Assembly: GCA_021734945.1 (NCBI GenBank)
Contig: JAIPIA010000001.1
Coordinates: 308,415 to 372,414 of the forward strand
Origin: Minisyncoccota bacterium
Lineage (GTDB): Bacteria; Patescibacteriota; Minisyncoccia; Phycocordibacterales; CAIZLB01
Length of the DNA: 64,000 nucleotides
Direction of reading: 5' to 3'
A program made the position numbers and the translations under genes. The notes under the pieces were generated by a model, which saw nothing but the letters and a program-made list of their open reading frames with translations, did no database searches and was not told the origin of the DNA. Of this stretch, positions 1 through 7,648 are shown one piece after another. Each line of letters starts with the position of its first letter. Position 1 is the stretch's first letter.

Positions 1-850
1 GCCATGTTCGAATATTTTGGTTGTATTTCTTCCTTCTCTCAATGATGTAAGTAAACTCGTTACAGAAATTGTACCCTTCAAACCAGATAGTCTCGAAACA
101 TACGATGATAAAAGTATGATTTTGGCTGTACGATTCTTCTTTGATTTCTTTAAACAACTTGGTTTTTGGGGTGCTATCAAGCTTGGATTACAGTTTATTC
201 CTGAAACATGGATGATTATGATTGGTGGAGTTCCGAAACTTATTCTCATGATTGAATTTACTGGTGAAAATGAAGCTGATGTAAAAAGAAAATTGATGGA
301 AGTAGAACAGCAGATAAAGCACTTTGGTTTCCATATGCACATTGCACATTCAAGTGCTGAGGCAAATAAGTATTGGAAAATTAGACATGAGAGTTTCAAC
401 CTTCTTCGAAAGCATGTAAAAAACAAGAGAACTGCGCCCTTTATCGATGACATTATTGTTAAGCCTGAGTATTTACCTGAATTTTTACCAAAAGTAAAAG
501 CTTTACTTGATGAATATAAACTCGACTATACAGTTCAAGGCCATCTTGGAAATGGAAACTTCCACATCATTCCACTTATGGATCTCAACTCCCCTTTCTC
601 TGCCGATATTATTCTCGAGCTTTCTGCAAAGGTATATACACTTGTAAATGAATATCACGGTTCAATAACAGCTGAGCATAATGATGGAATTATTCGAACA
701 CCATATCTCTTGCAACAATACGGTCAAAACATTGTTAATCTTTTCCAAAAAACAAAAGAGACGTTTGACCCGCAAAACATTTTCAATCCAGGTAAAAAGG
801 TTGGCGGTACGTTCCAGAATATTAAGGATGCTATAAAGAAGAAGAATTAG
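1..850 (+). CDS. FAD-linked oxidase/oxidoreductase, C-terminal part (GlcD/D-lactate dehydrogenase-like); 5' truncated by window edge
   Basis: GHLGNGNFH, GSITAEHNDG and FDPQNIFNPGK motifs of the FAD-oxidase C-terminal domain. Confidence 0.85.
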   Translation, partial: PCSNILVVFLPSLNDVSKLVTEIVPFKPDSLETYDDKSMILAVRFFFDFFKQLGFWGAIKLGLQFIPETWMIMIGGVPKLILMIEFTGENEADVKRKLMEVEQQIKHFGFHMHIAHSSAEANKYWKIRHESFNLLRKHVKNKRTAPFIDDIIVKPEYLPEFLPKVKALLDEYKLDYTVQGHLGNGNFHIIPLMDLNSPFSADIILELSAKVYTLVNEYHGSITAEHNDGIIRTPYLLQQYGQNIVNLFQKTKETFDPQNIFNPGKKVGGTFQNIKDAIKKKN

Positions 851-891
851 GATTTGTACCTTTTCAAGGTAAATTTAATTTAGTGAGAACA

Positions 892-920
892 ATTGGAAGT
901 GCCAAATTGGCACTTCCAAT
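892..920. repeat. 29-bp palindrome ATTGGAAGTGCCAA-A-TTGGCACTTCCAAT
   Basis: Perfect 14-bp inverted repeat; related to the palindrome at 1236-1264 inside the ORF6N gene. Confidence 0.9.
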
Positions 921-947
921 ACAAAACACTAGACTGTAATATTTATA

Positions 948-1475
948 TCAAACTTTAAAGCCAATCTTATTCTTTGGCTTTTTATCCTCTTTTATAAGTA
1001 AGCGAATTACTCGGAAAATTTCTCTAAAATTTGTTTCATTATTCTTTTCCATTTCCTCGACTTTTTCACGGAGCTCTTTGTAGGTATCAACCATTCTTCG
1101 TAGTTTTGTAAATATACGTATTATCTGGATATTGATTTGAATGGCACGTTGACTATTTAAGACACTTGAAAGCATTGCAATTCCCTGTTCTGTGAAAGCT
1201 AGAGGCTCAATTCTAAGCCCTAATTTTAACCTTGAATTGGAGGTCACAAATTGTGACCTCCAATTATCTAGTTCCTCCTTGGTAAATTTAAACATAAAAT
1301 CATCTGGAAATCTTTCAATATTTCTTTTAACAGACTGTTTTAACACCTTAGTAGATGTTCCATATAGGACAGCAAGATCCATATCTAACATCACCTTACC
1401 ACCTCTTATTAAGTAAATCCTTTCTTTAATCGTCTCTATATCTATTGCCGTTTCGATTTGTTTTTCTTTTTCCAT
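948..1475 (-). CDS. ORF6N-domain DNA-binding protein
   Basis: IYLIRGGKVMLDMDLAVLYG..VKRNIERFPDDFMF..AFTEQGIAMLSSVLNS..KIGF. Confidence 0.9.
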   Translation of the reverse strand: MEKEKQIETAIDIETIKERIYLIRGGKVMLDMDLAVLYGTSTKVLKQSVKRNIERFPDDFMFKFTKEELDNWRSQFVTSNSRLKLGLRIEPLAFTEQGIAMLSSVLNSQRAIQINIQIIRIFTKLRRMVDTYKELREKVEEMEKNNETNFREIFRVIRLLIKEDKKPKNKIGFKV

Positions 1476-1552
1476 TTTCAGATACTAGCAAAAGTTCCCT
1501 TAAGGAATCTTAAAGAAATTATAAAGAACATTCCAATAATTTATTATTGCTC

Positions 1553-2197
1553 TTACATCTCATACCCTTCAAGCTCCTTAGCAACCTGCTCAACTTTTTT
1601 AATGTCAATTTCATTTAGAGAGATATTACACACTTCCTGAATCTGCTTTTCCAGCACTAGAGCAAGCTGTTTTTTCTTTTCAGTTTTTTCTACATCAGCA
1701 AGCGCGTGCTGACTACCCGCATATCTTCGAATAACCTCATCAAATCGCTCTTCCACAGATACAATTCCTGTAGGAGCAACTCTAAAATCTGAATACGAAC
1801 AAAGTTTTATATACAAATCATCTAAATCTACCGTCAGGTGAAGTCTTGAACTACCAATATTCTCTAGAATATATAGTACTTTTTCAGGAACATTCAATTC
1901 ATGAGCAATTGCCATTGTGACCGTATGTTCGTTATCTCCATATGATTTGATAAATTCCTCAACTCTTCGCAATTCCTTTCTCTCTTCTTCTGTATATAAA
2001 ACATCGTTTGCAATTGGAGACTTAATAATATTGCCCATATCATGAAGCAACATGGCTTTTGTAACTAAATCTATATCTAGTTGAATCTCATGTTTTAATG
2101 ATTGAACAAGAATTCGTGCAACTGCAGCCACGCGATACATGTGATTTCTGAGGACACTTGGTATCTGATATTTTGCGTATATTTCGGAGGTTTTCAT
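1553..2197 (-). CDS. HD-domain phosphohydrolase
   Basis: NHMYRVA...AMLLHDMGN...YSDFRV motifs. Confidence 0.75.
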   Translation of the reverse strand: MKTSEIYAKYQIPSVLRNHMYRVAAVARILVQSLKHEIQLDIDLVTKAMLLHDMGNIIKSPIANDVLYTEEERKELRRVEEFIKSYGDNEHTVTMAIAHELNVPEKVLYILENIGSSRLHLTVDLDDLYIKLCSYSDFRVAPTGIVSVEERFDEVIRRYAGSQHALADVEKTEKKKQLALVLEKQIQEVCNISLNEIDIKKVEQVAKELEGYEM

Positions 2198-2202
2198 GGG
2201 TT

Positions 2203-2745
2203 TTAATTAAATTTGAAAAACTTTTTAACACTCCAGACTTCATTCTCAAATTTCATTAAAGCTATATTATCAAAAAATGATTCAAAATGTTGTAATTCTT
2301 TCGTTTGTAAATATGCAAATATTTCATCTGACTGACTCTGATTCATATGTCGAGCAATAGATATGTGAAATATCCGTTTTGCGAATTTTCTATCCTCATC
2401 AACTTCTCCCAGATCAGAAATACAGCCTTCAATAGTTTTCTCAAATATTGAGCCTCCTTCAACTTTCATGAAAATTGTCTCAAAACTGTTTTCAAAACGA
2501 TTAAAACCACTAATAATAAAAGGTGCAATACTCGTTTTTCTTAGACTAAAATCATTAACAACAGATTGAATTTTTGACTCAATTTCCATAGTATCATCAA
2601 CTTCAAAGGGATACTTTAAAGTAATATGAGCAGGAACTCTTTTTGATAAATTGGAAATACCAAACTGAGCACTCAATTCTTCTGTTAGTTTTTGGAAATA
2701 TTTTTGAACTTCCTCGTTTGCTATATAGGCGATACAGTGTCTCAT
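2203..2745 (-). CDS. 2H phosphoesterase (2'-5' RNA ligase/LigT-like)
   Basis: Two HxT/S motifs: AHITL and FHISI. Confidence 0.8.
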   Translation of the reverse strand: MRHCIAYIANEEVQKYFQKLTEELSAQFGISNLSKRVPAHITLKYPFEVDDTMEIESKIQSVVNDFSLRKTSIAPFIISGFNRFENSFETIFMKVEGGSIFEKTIEGCISDLGEVDEDRKFAKRIFHISIARHMNQSQSDEIFAYLQTKELQHFESFFDNIALMKFENEVWSVKKFFKFN

Positions 2746-2754
2746 ATTGCTGGA

Positions 2755-3324
2755 CTAATTATACAAATTAATCTTCCTCAACATCAACTCTGGCTTCCCT
2801 GCATTCTGTTCTTCACCTAGGCTAATACCGAGAGTTTTAATAAAGTTTCTAATTCCCTCTTTTACTTCGAGCACTTTATCATCTGATACTTGTTCGAGTT
2901 TTTCTACTTCTAAAAATAATCCAAGGTCTTTAACATCTTCGAGAACTATTTCATATACATCAGTGAGGTACGTGTATTTTGTATTATCAATTCTAACCAG
3001 CTCTTCAAAGCCTAAATGTTGTTGAATTTGCAAAGCGGTGTCGAAGTTATCTATTCCTGTTTCGTATTCGTCTGAGTATGTCCAATTCATTGAGTCATCG
3101 AAGTGATCTACTTTGTAAGCAACTGTGGCTTTGCCGTCTTTAAGTCTGAATCGATAGCAGTTGGTTAGGCGACCGCTTTCGTCAGGTCGAAGTTCTGTTC
3201 GAAGCGGATTATTAAAATATACATCGAGTGTCTCTTTGGCACCCTTGAATTCAAATTGACCAAGGAGTTTTAAGGCTTCTTCTTTAGTGTTTTTTACTTC
3301 AATGAGGATTTCAATTTCTTTCAT
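2755..3324 (-). CDS. CYTH-domain protein (class IV adenylate cyclase/triphosphatase-like)
   Basis: N-terminal EIE, DVYF, YRFRLK, EYET, VKDLGLFLEVE. Confidence 0.85.
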   Translation of the reverse strand: MKEIEILIEVKNTKEEALKLLGQFEFKGAKETLDVYFNNPLRTELRPDESGRLTNCYRFRLKDGKATVAYKVDHFDDSMNWTYSDEYETGIDNFDTALQIQQHLGFEELVRIDNTKYTYLTDVYEIVLEDVKDLGLFLEVEKLEQVSDDKVLEVKEGIRNFIKTLGISLGEEQNAGKPELMLRKINLYN

Positions 3325-3365
3325 TGGAATATTTTATATCTTATCATCTAAAAGTCTTTACACAG

Positions 3366-4751
3366 CTAATCTTTTAAAAAATAATTATTTATTTCATTAA
3401 AAATTTCTATAATTCTCGCTTCATATTTCGTTTTTATATTTTTACCACTGGTATCAATTAATCCACTGACACCGTCTCTATGTTTAACTTCAGGTTTATC
3501 TCTAATATCGTTAGTGGGGATACATACAAAATTATATTTAGGAAATTCCTTACTGAGCGAACATGCTAAACTAGACATATTATTATCTAGTATGGATGTA
3601 ATTTTTTTAAAACCTAAATCTTCAAGCATTTTAATTACTTTTCGTGTATTTGGGGCACCTCCAACGCCCCACCCATAAAATACTCCATTAGTCTGAATTT
3701 GTTTTATTTCAAGAATCTTATTTAAAAAGACAACGTCTTCTTGTCCTTCTGTTAAGATTATATTATCTTCAAGAAAGAAAATTTCACTAGCATCCAAACC
3801 GAGAATATGTGGATTATTTAAGTTATCTAAAAAAGGAGTAATATCATTAGTGGTTTTTTCTTCTAATTGATAAATTTTTGTTCCAGAAGTCTCTTTAACT
3901 GTTCTTGCAATTCGTCCACCGTTTAAAATTGAAGGCCAACTGACAAAAAAAGGAGAATGAGTAGAGATTATGATTTGTCTATCTTTTGAATATTCTAAAA
4001 GTAATTTTAATAATTTTCTTTGGAGTGACGGATGTAACGACAACTCTGGCTCGTCAATAAATATTAAGTCTTCAGATCGACTATCATACAAAGCATCAAC
4101 AATTGTAAAAACACTCAATAATCCTTCTCCGGCCCCGTCGCTATTATGAGAAGAATTATCATTAATAAACTTTAAATAATAATTTCCATTATCTGCCTGA
4201 TCAATGTTCCAGTTCGGAGAGTATCCTAAAACTTTACTCAATTCCGAATTAAAAGTTGTTGGATCTTTTTGGATTTGGAAAAGTCTATGTGAAAAATTAT
4301 CAAACTGTGAACCTCTAACTGCTTGTAGATTTGAAGTGCTAATATATTGGTTACGATCATAAATACTTTTACCAAAAAATGGGCTGAATGTTCTTCTTGA
4401 TGGTAAAGTTAAGAATTTTACTTTCTCTTTTTCAAGTTTATTTGAAATATACTCTGTTTCGCTTCCTCCATTAGATGTTGTTTTAAGAGTTAAGCTATTA
4501 TCGTCTATGTCGAAAATTGATATTTCAATTTTATCACCAGCTATTTTATTTCTTTTACCTTCCGTAAAGCTCGGGGTTTGATTTTGGGATATAGCTCTGA
4601 ATGCCTCATAAATTGTTGATTTACCGGAGTTATTAGGGCCAACAATAACTGTCAATCCACTACCATTATTTCCATTTTTTGGTACAGCAATATTTAACGT
4701 TTGCTTTTCATTAAAACCTCTTAAGCCTAAAATTTCTATTTTTTTGTACAT
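3366..4751 (-). CDS. OLD-family ATP-dependent nuclease (ABC-type ATPase + TOPRIM)
   Basis: Walker A GPNNSGKS, Walker B IFIDEPELSLHP, H-loop STHSP, TOPRIM TEGQED...GVGG...LDNN; ATG at 4751 preferred over the track start at 4787. Confidence 0.85.
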   Translation of the reverse strand: MYKKIEILGLRGFNEKQTLNIAVPKNGNNGSGLTVIVGPNNSGKSTIYEAFRAISQNQTPSFTEGKRNKIAGDKIEISIFDIDDNSLTLKTTSNGGSETEYISNKLEKEKVKFLTLPSRRTFSPFFGKSIYDRNQYISTSNLQAVRGSQFDNFSHRLFQIQKDPTTFNSELSKVLGYSPNWNIDQADNGNYYLKFINDNSSHNSDGAGEGLLSVFTIVDALYDSRSEDLIFIDEPELSLHPSLQRKLLKLLLEYSKDRQIIISTHSPFFVSWPSILNGGRIARTVKETSGTKIYQLEEKTTNDITPFLDNLNNPHILGLDASEIFFLEDNIILTEGQEDVVFLNKILEIKQIQTNGVFYGWGVGGAPNTRKVIKMLEDLGFKKITSILDNNMSSLACSLSKEFPKYNFVCIPTNDIRDKPEVKHRDGVSGLIDTSGKNIKTKYEARIIEIFNEINNYFLKD

Positions 4752-4803
4752 AGCGTATACAACGAGCGTACGAGTCCTATGTAGCATTCGTACTAGCTCT
4801 TGT

Positions 4804-4904
4804 TGGTTGCGGAGATGGGATTTGAACCCATATCTTTTCCTTTCGAAAAGCTCTAAATAAAAGCTCTTTGAAAGAGAAAGGTGCTACCATTACACCACTC
4901 CGCA
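4804..4904 (-). ncRNA. tRNA-like RNA with a 27-nt expansion in the anticodon arm and encoded CCA
   Basis: TGCGGAG/CTCCGCA acceptor + A + CCA; D arm GTGT-AATGGTA-GCAC; T arm ATGGG-TTCAAAT-CCCAT; 34 nt between TTTCT and GGAAA instead of a 7-nt loop. Confidence 0.8.
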
Positions 4905-4912
4905 ATATATAT

Positions 4913-4941
4913 GTTATACCTCAACAGCTCCTCTCAGTCCA
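4913..4941 (-). promoter_or_regulatory. Putative sigma70 promoter for the tRNA-like RNA/OLD unit
   Basis: TGGACT-N17-TATAAC ending 8 nt before the tRNA-like 5' end. Confidence 0.55.
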
Positions 4942-4957
4942 TCGATATAAAACTAGC

Positions 4958-5186
4958 TGGCGGGCCCACTCGTCCTCGGTCGTTACACGACCAGTATAGC
5001 TTTTGGATATTCTGTTCGTCTCGCTGGCTGCCCTATTTTCAATACCCGCAGTATACACCCGAAAGTGCCTCAACTCCAGAATATATTCAAAAGCTTTTCT
5101 CCTCCTCGCCGAAAGCGCCCCACGCTTTCTTGGTCCATTTCTGGAGCTAAAAAACCACCCAATAAATTGGATGGTTTTTTGCTCTG
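4958..5186 (-). mobile_element. Structured tRNA-trailer element, tRNA-Trp copy
   Basis: Terminator-like hairpin, further hairpins, ACTGGTCGTGTAACGACCGA motif, then tRNA-Trp 3' end copy GTGGGCCCG+CCA; same layout as 55013-55220. Confidence 0.65.
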
Positions 5187-5258
5187 CGGGCCCACGAGGA
5201 CTCGAACCTCGAACTGCGCGTTTGGAGTGCGATGTTTTACCATTGAAACTATGGACCC
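5187..5258 (-). tRNA. tRNA-Trp (CCA), anticodon stem with U27-C43 and A31-C39 mismatches
   Basis: GGGTCCA...TCGCA-CTCCAAA-CGCGC...CGAGG-TTCGAGT-CCTCG-TGGGCCC-G. Confidence 0.85.
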
Positions 5259-5379
5259 GTGCTAGCTATACTAATCTAAAACGGCTTAAAACTCAATCTC
5301 CCTCGGGAAGTGCGAGCTTTAAATACCCTACTTCGTTCTATACCCACCTCCCCTCAAAATCTGCTAATATAGAGAAATT

Positions 5380-6534
5380 ATGAAAATCACAAAAATAGAC
5401 AAAAGTAGATTACCAGAAGTAGACCTCAACAACCTCCCATTTGGAAAGGTTATGAGTGACCACATGGCAATTTGTTATTACAAAGATGGTGCATGGCAGG
5501 AACCTGAAATCGTCCCTTATGCAAACCTATCTCTATCTCCTTCTACTTCTGCTCTCCATTATGGTCAGGCTGTTTTTGAAGGAATGTCCGCGTATCGAGA
5601 TACATCGTCCTCAAGCGCCACGAATGGCACAAATGATTCGACTGCAAACGCCGCAAACAGTACAGGCGACTCAAACGAAGCAACAAACGAACCTACCGCT
5701 GTACTCTTTCGTATTCGTGACAATGCCACACGAATTTCAAAATCTCTCAAGCGACTCATGATGCCAGAAATACCAGTTGAGCTTTTTGAAAATTGTCTCA
5801 TCGAACTTATTAAGCTTGATAAGAAATGGATTCCTGAAAAGCCCGGTTCATATCTCTACATTCGTCCTTTTGTGTTTGCGACTGACGAATATGTTGGTGT
5901 AAAACCATCTTCAGAATATACATTTATAATTTTCTCTGCACCTACTGGCCCTTATTACTCAAAGAAACTCAAAGTAAAAGTTGAACAAACATATACACGA
6001 GCCGCTCCTGGTGGAGTTGGTGCTGCAAAAGCGGCTGGAAACTACGCAGCTGCAATGCTCGCAACTGCTGAGGCTCAGAAAGAAGGCTTTGATCAAATCG
6101 TATGGACTGATTCACAGACACATGAATATATCGAAGAATCTGGAACAATGAATATCTTTTGTGTTATTGATGGCGTTGTTATTACTCCAAAAACTACAGA
6201 CACTATTCTCGCTGGTATTACTCGAGATTCAGTATGTACAGTTTGCAAAGAACTCAACATCCCTATCGAAGAGCGAAAGATTTCTGTAGCTGAACTCAAG
6301 AGTGCAATGGAAAAAGGAACTCTACAGGGTATGTTTGGAACTGGTACAGCCGTAACACTCATAGAAATCGAATCTGTGACTATTGGCGACCTAACATACA
6401 CACTCCCTGACCTAACAAAAACTCCTGACGGTAAAGGTGGTTTTATTGGTGAATTCTACAAACCCGCACTCGACAAGCTTCGAGCTATCAAAGCTGGTGC
6501 TGACAACAAGTATGGATGGACTACGAAGGTTTAG
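5380..6534 (+). CDS. ilvE: Branched-chain amino acid aminotransferase
   Basis: LHYGQAVFEG, YIRPF, AKAAGNYA, EESGTMN, ILAGITR, GTGTA; carries an S/T/N-rich insertion. Confidence 0.95.
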   Translation: MKITKIDKSRLPEVDLNNLPFGKVMSDHMAICYYKDGAWQEPEIVPYANLSLSPSTSALHYGQAVFEGMSAYRDTSSSSATNGTNDSTANAANSTGDSNEATNEPTAVLFRIRDNATRISKSLKRLMMPEIPVELFENCLIELIKLDKKWIPEKPGSYLYIRPFVFATDEYVGVKPSSEYTFIIFSAPTGPYYSKKLKVKVEQTYTRAAPGGVGAAKAAGNYAAAMLATAEAQKEGFDQIVWTDSQTHEYIEESGTMNIFCVIDGVVITPKTTDTILAGITRDSVCTVCKELNIPIEERKISVAELKSAMEKGTLQGMFGTGTAVTLIEIESVTIGDLTYTLPDLTKTPDGKGGFIGEFYKPALDKLRAIKAGADNKYGWTTKV

Positions 6535-6553
6535 TAATACGCGAACAAAGATT

Positions 6554-6592
6554 AAAACCCCACTACTCCTTTTACAGAATAGTGGGGTTTTT
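6554..6592. terminator. Bidirectional intrinsic terminator
   Basis: AAAACCCCACTA...TAGTGGGGTTTTT between convergent genes. Confidence 0.8.
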
Positions 6593-6643
6593 GGTGCACC
6601 AAATTTTAGTACGTTTGATTTCGGTGCGTTGGTTTTTAACAAC

Positions 6644-7477
6644 CTACACCAAATCAAGCACCTGCGGGTTTTTCAACCTTATTAGTGCTGGCAATTCAGT
6701 CAGTTCTTCTCCAGGTGGCTGCCAGAGATTGAACTTAGCGAATCTTTGATTTGAACCGACGTCGATTTGAAGCGTATGGGCGCCATATTTTTCACGAAGA
6801 AAATGACCAGCGGATAGATATGCAGGGCCGTCCTCGTCGTAAAAAAGACGTCTGTGTGCAGTATCATCATCAGTATGCATCACCTTAGCAAAGAATGGTT
6901 TAAGGACTTTAAACAATTCATCAGGATCGTTGAATGGCAAATCCGAGCGACCTTTAAAATCCTCACTCTTGAGTAAACAACGACCTGTTTCGATCATGCG
7001 TTGCCACTTCTGAATCAACTCAGCACCGACCAGCTTTTCAGCTTTAAAGTTTGGAGGTAAATCAGGATTCCTGGTAAATACTCTCTGAATTTCGCATACT
7101 GACTGACTCATGCACGCTTGTGCTTTCTCAAGCGGAATATCCAGGAACCCAACGCTCTCTTGGTCAAAGAGCAAAGACCTGAAGTGGACTTTTGAGTGGT
7201 AACGAATATTTTTGCGAAGAAACTTTTTAAGCATCACAAACAGATTAATAGAGCGCTGCGCTGTTAAGCTCACGCCCGACAAAAGCTGTTTACAATCCTC
7301 ACTGTACTGAGGACAGACAATGACGGCGACAGAAAATTCTCCCGTCGCATCGTAGTGAGATACTGCACGCCAGAGTATTTCGATGATATATTCATTGTCT
7401 TCGTGTGTTGCAACGATTTGTGTAAAGAACTTATGGAGCATGCTCCCGAGTGGATGTTCGAGCAATTTACTTTTCAT
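6644..7477 (-). CDS. Orphan hypothetical protein
   Basis: 277-aa ORF with A/C-rich leader and AGAAAGG before the ATG; no family recognised. Confidence 0.65.
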   Translation of the reverse strand: MKSKLLEHPLGSMLHKFFTQIVATHEDNEYIIEILWRAVSHYDATGEFSVAVIVCPQYSEDCKQLLSGVSLTAQRSINLFVMLKKFLRKNIRYHSKVHFRSLLFDQESVGFLDIPLEKAQACMSQSVCEIQRVFTRNPDLPPNFKAEKLVGAELIQKWQRMIETGRCLLKSEDFKGRSDLPFNDPDELFKVLKPFFAKVMHTDDDTAHRRLFYDEDGPAYLSAGHFLREKYGAHTLQIDVGSNQRFAKFNLWQPPGEELTELPALIRLKNPQVLDLV

Positions 7478-7574
7478 GTATTGGCCTTTCTGTTTTTTGT
7501 TTGGTTTGTTTTTTTACTGTCTATTTCGCATTTGTATTCACATTACACTTTGTAGTTTTACTTGTGTACTCCAT

Positions 7575-7617
7575 TAACACCAAAGCCCCTCCGTTATCGA
7601 GAGGGGCTTTGGTGTTA
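7575..7617. terminator. Stem-loop after the M20 peptidase gene
   Basis: TAACACCAAAGCCCCTC...GAGGGGCTTTGGTGTTA. Confidence 0.7.
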
Positions 7618-7648
7618 CGTGCATTTTGAATACAAGTCTCTCGATAGT

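Noticed and set aside
4804..4904. tmRNA or ordinary intron-containing tRNA
   Set aside because: No G3-U70 pair or tag ORF and a full D stem is present; the 27-nt extra segment is far too short for a group I/II intron and I see no clear bulge-helix-bulge.
4958..5186. Known self-cleaving ribozyme in the tRNA-trailer elements
   Set aside because: By eye there is no hammerhead CUGAnGA/GAAA core or HDV-like nested pseudoknot; an Infernal search is needed to exclude this properly.
4881..5383. Track ORFs 4881-5150, 5003-5383 and 5065-5265
   Set aside because: They overlap tRNA-Trp and the structured element on the opposite strand and show no protein-like features.
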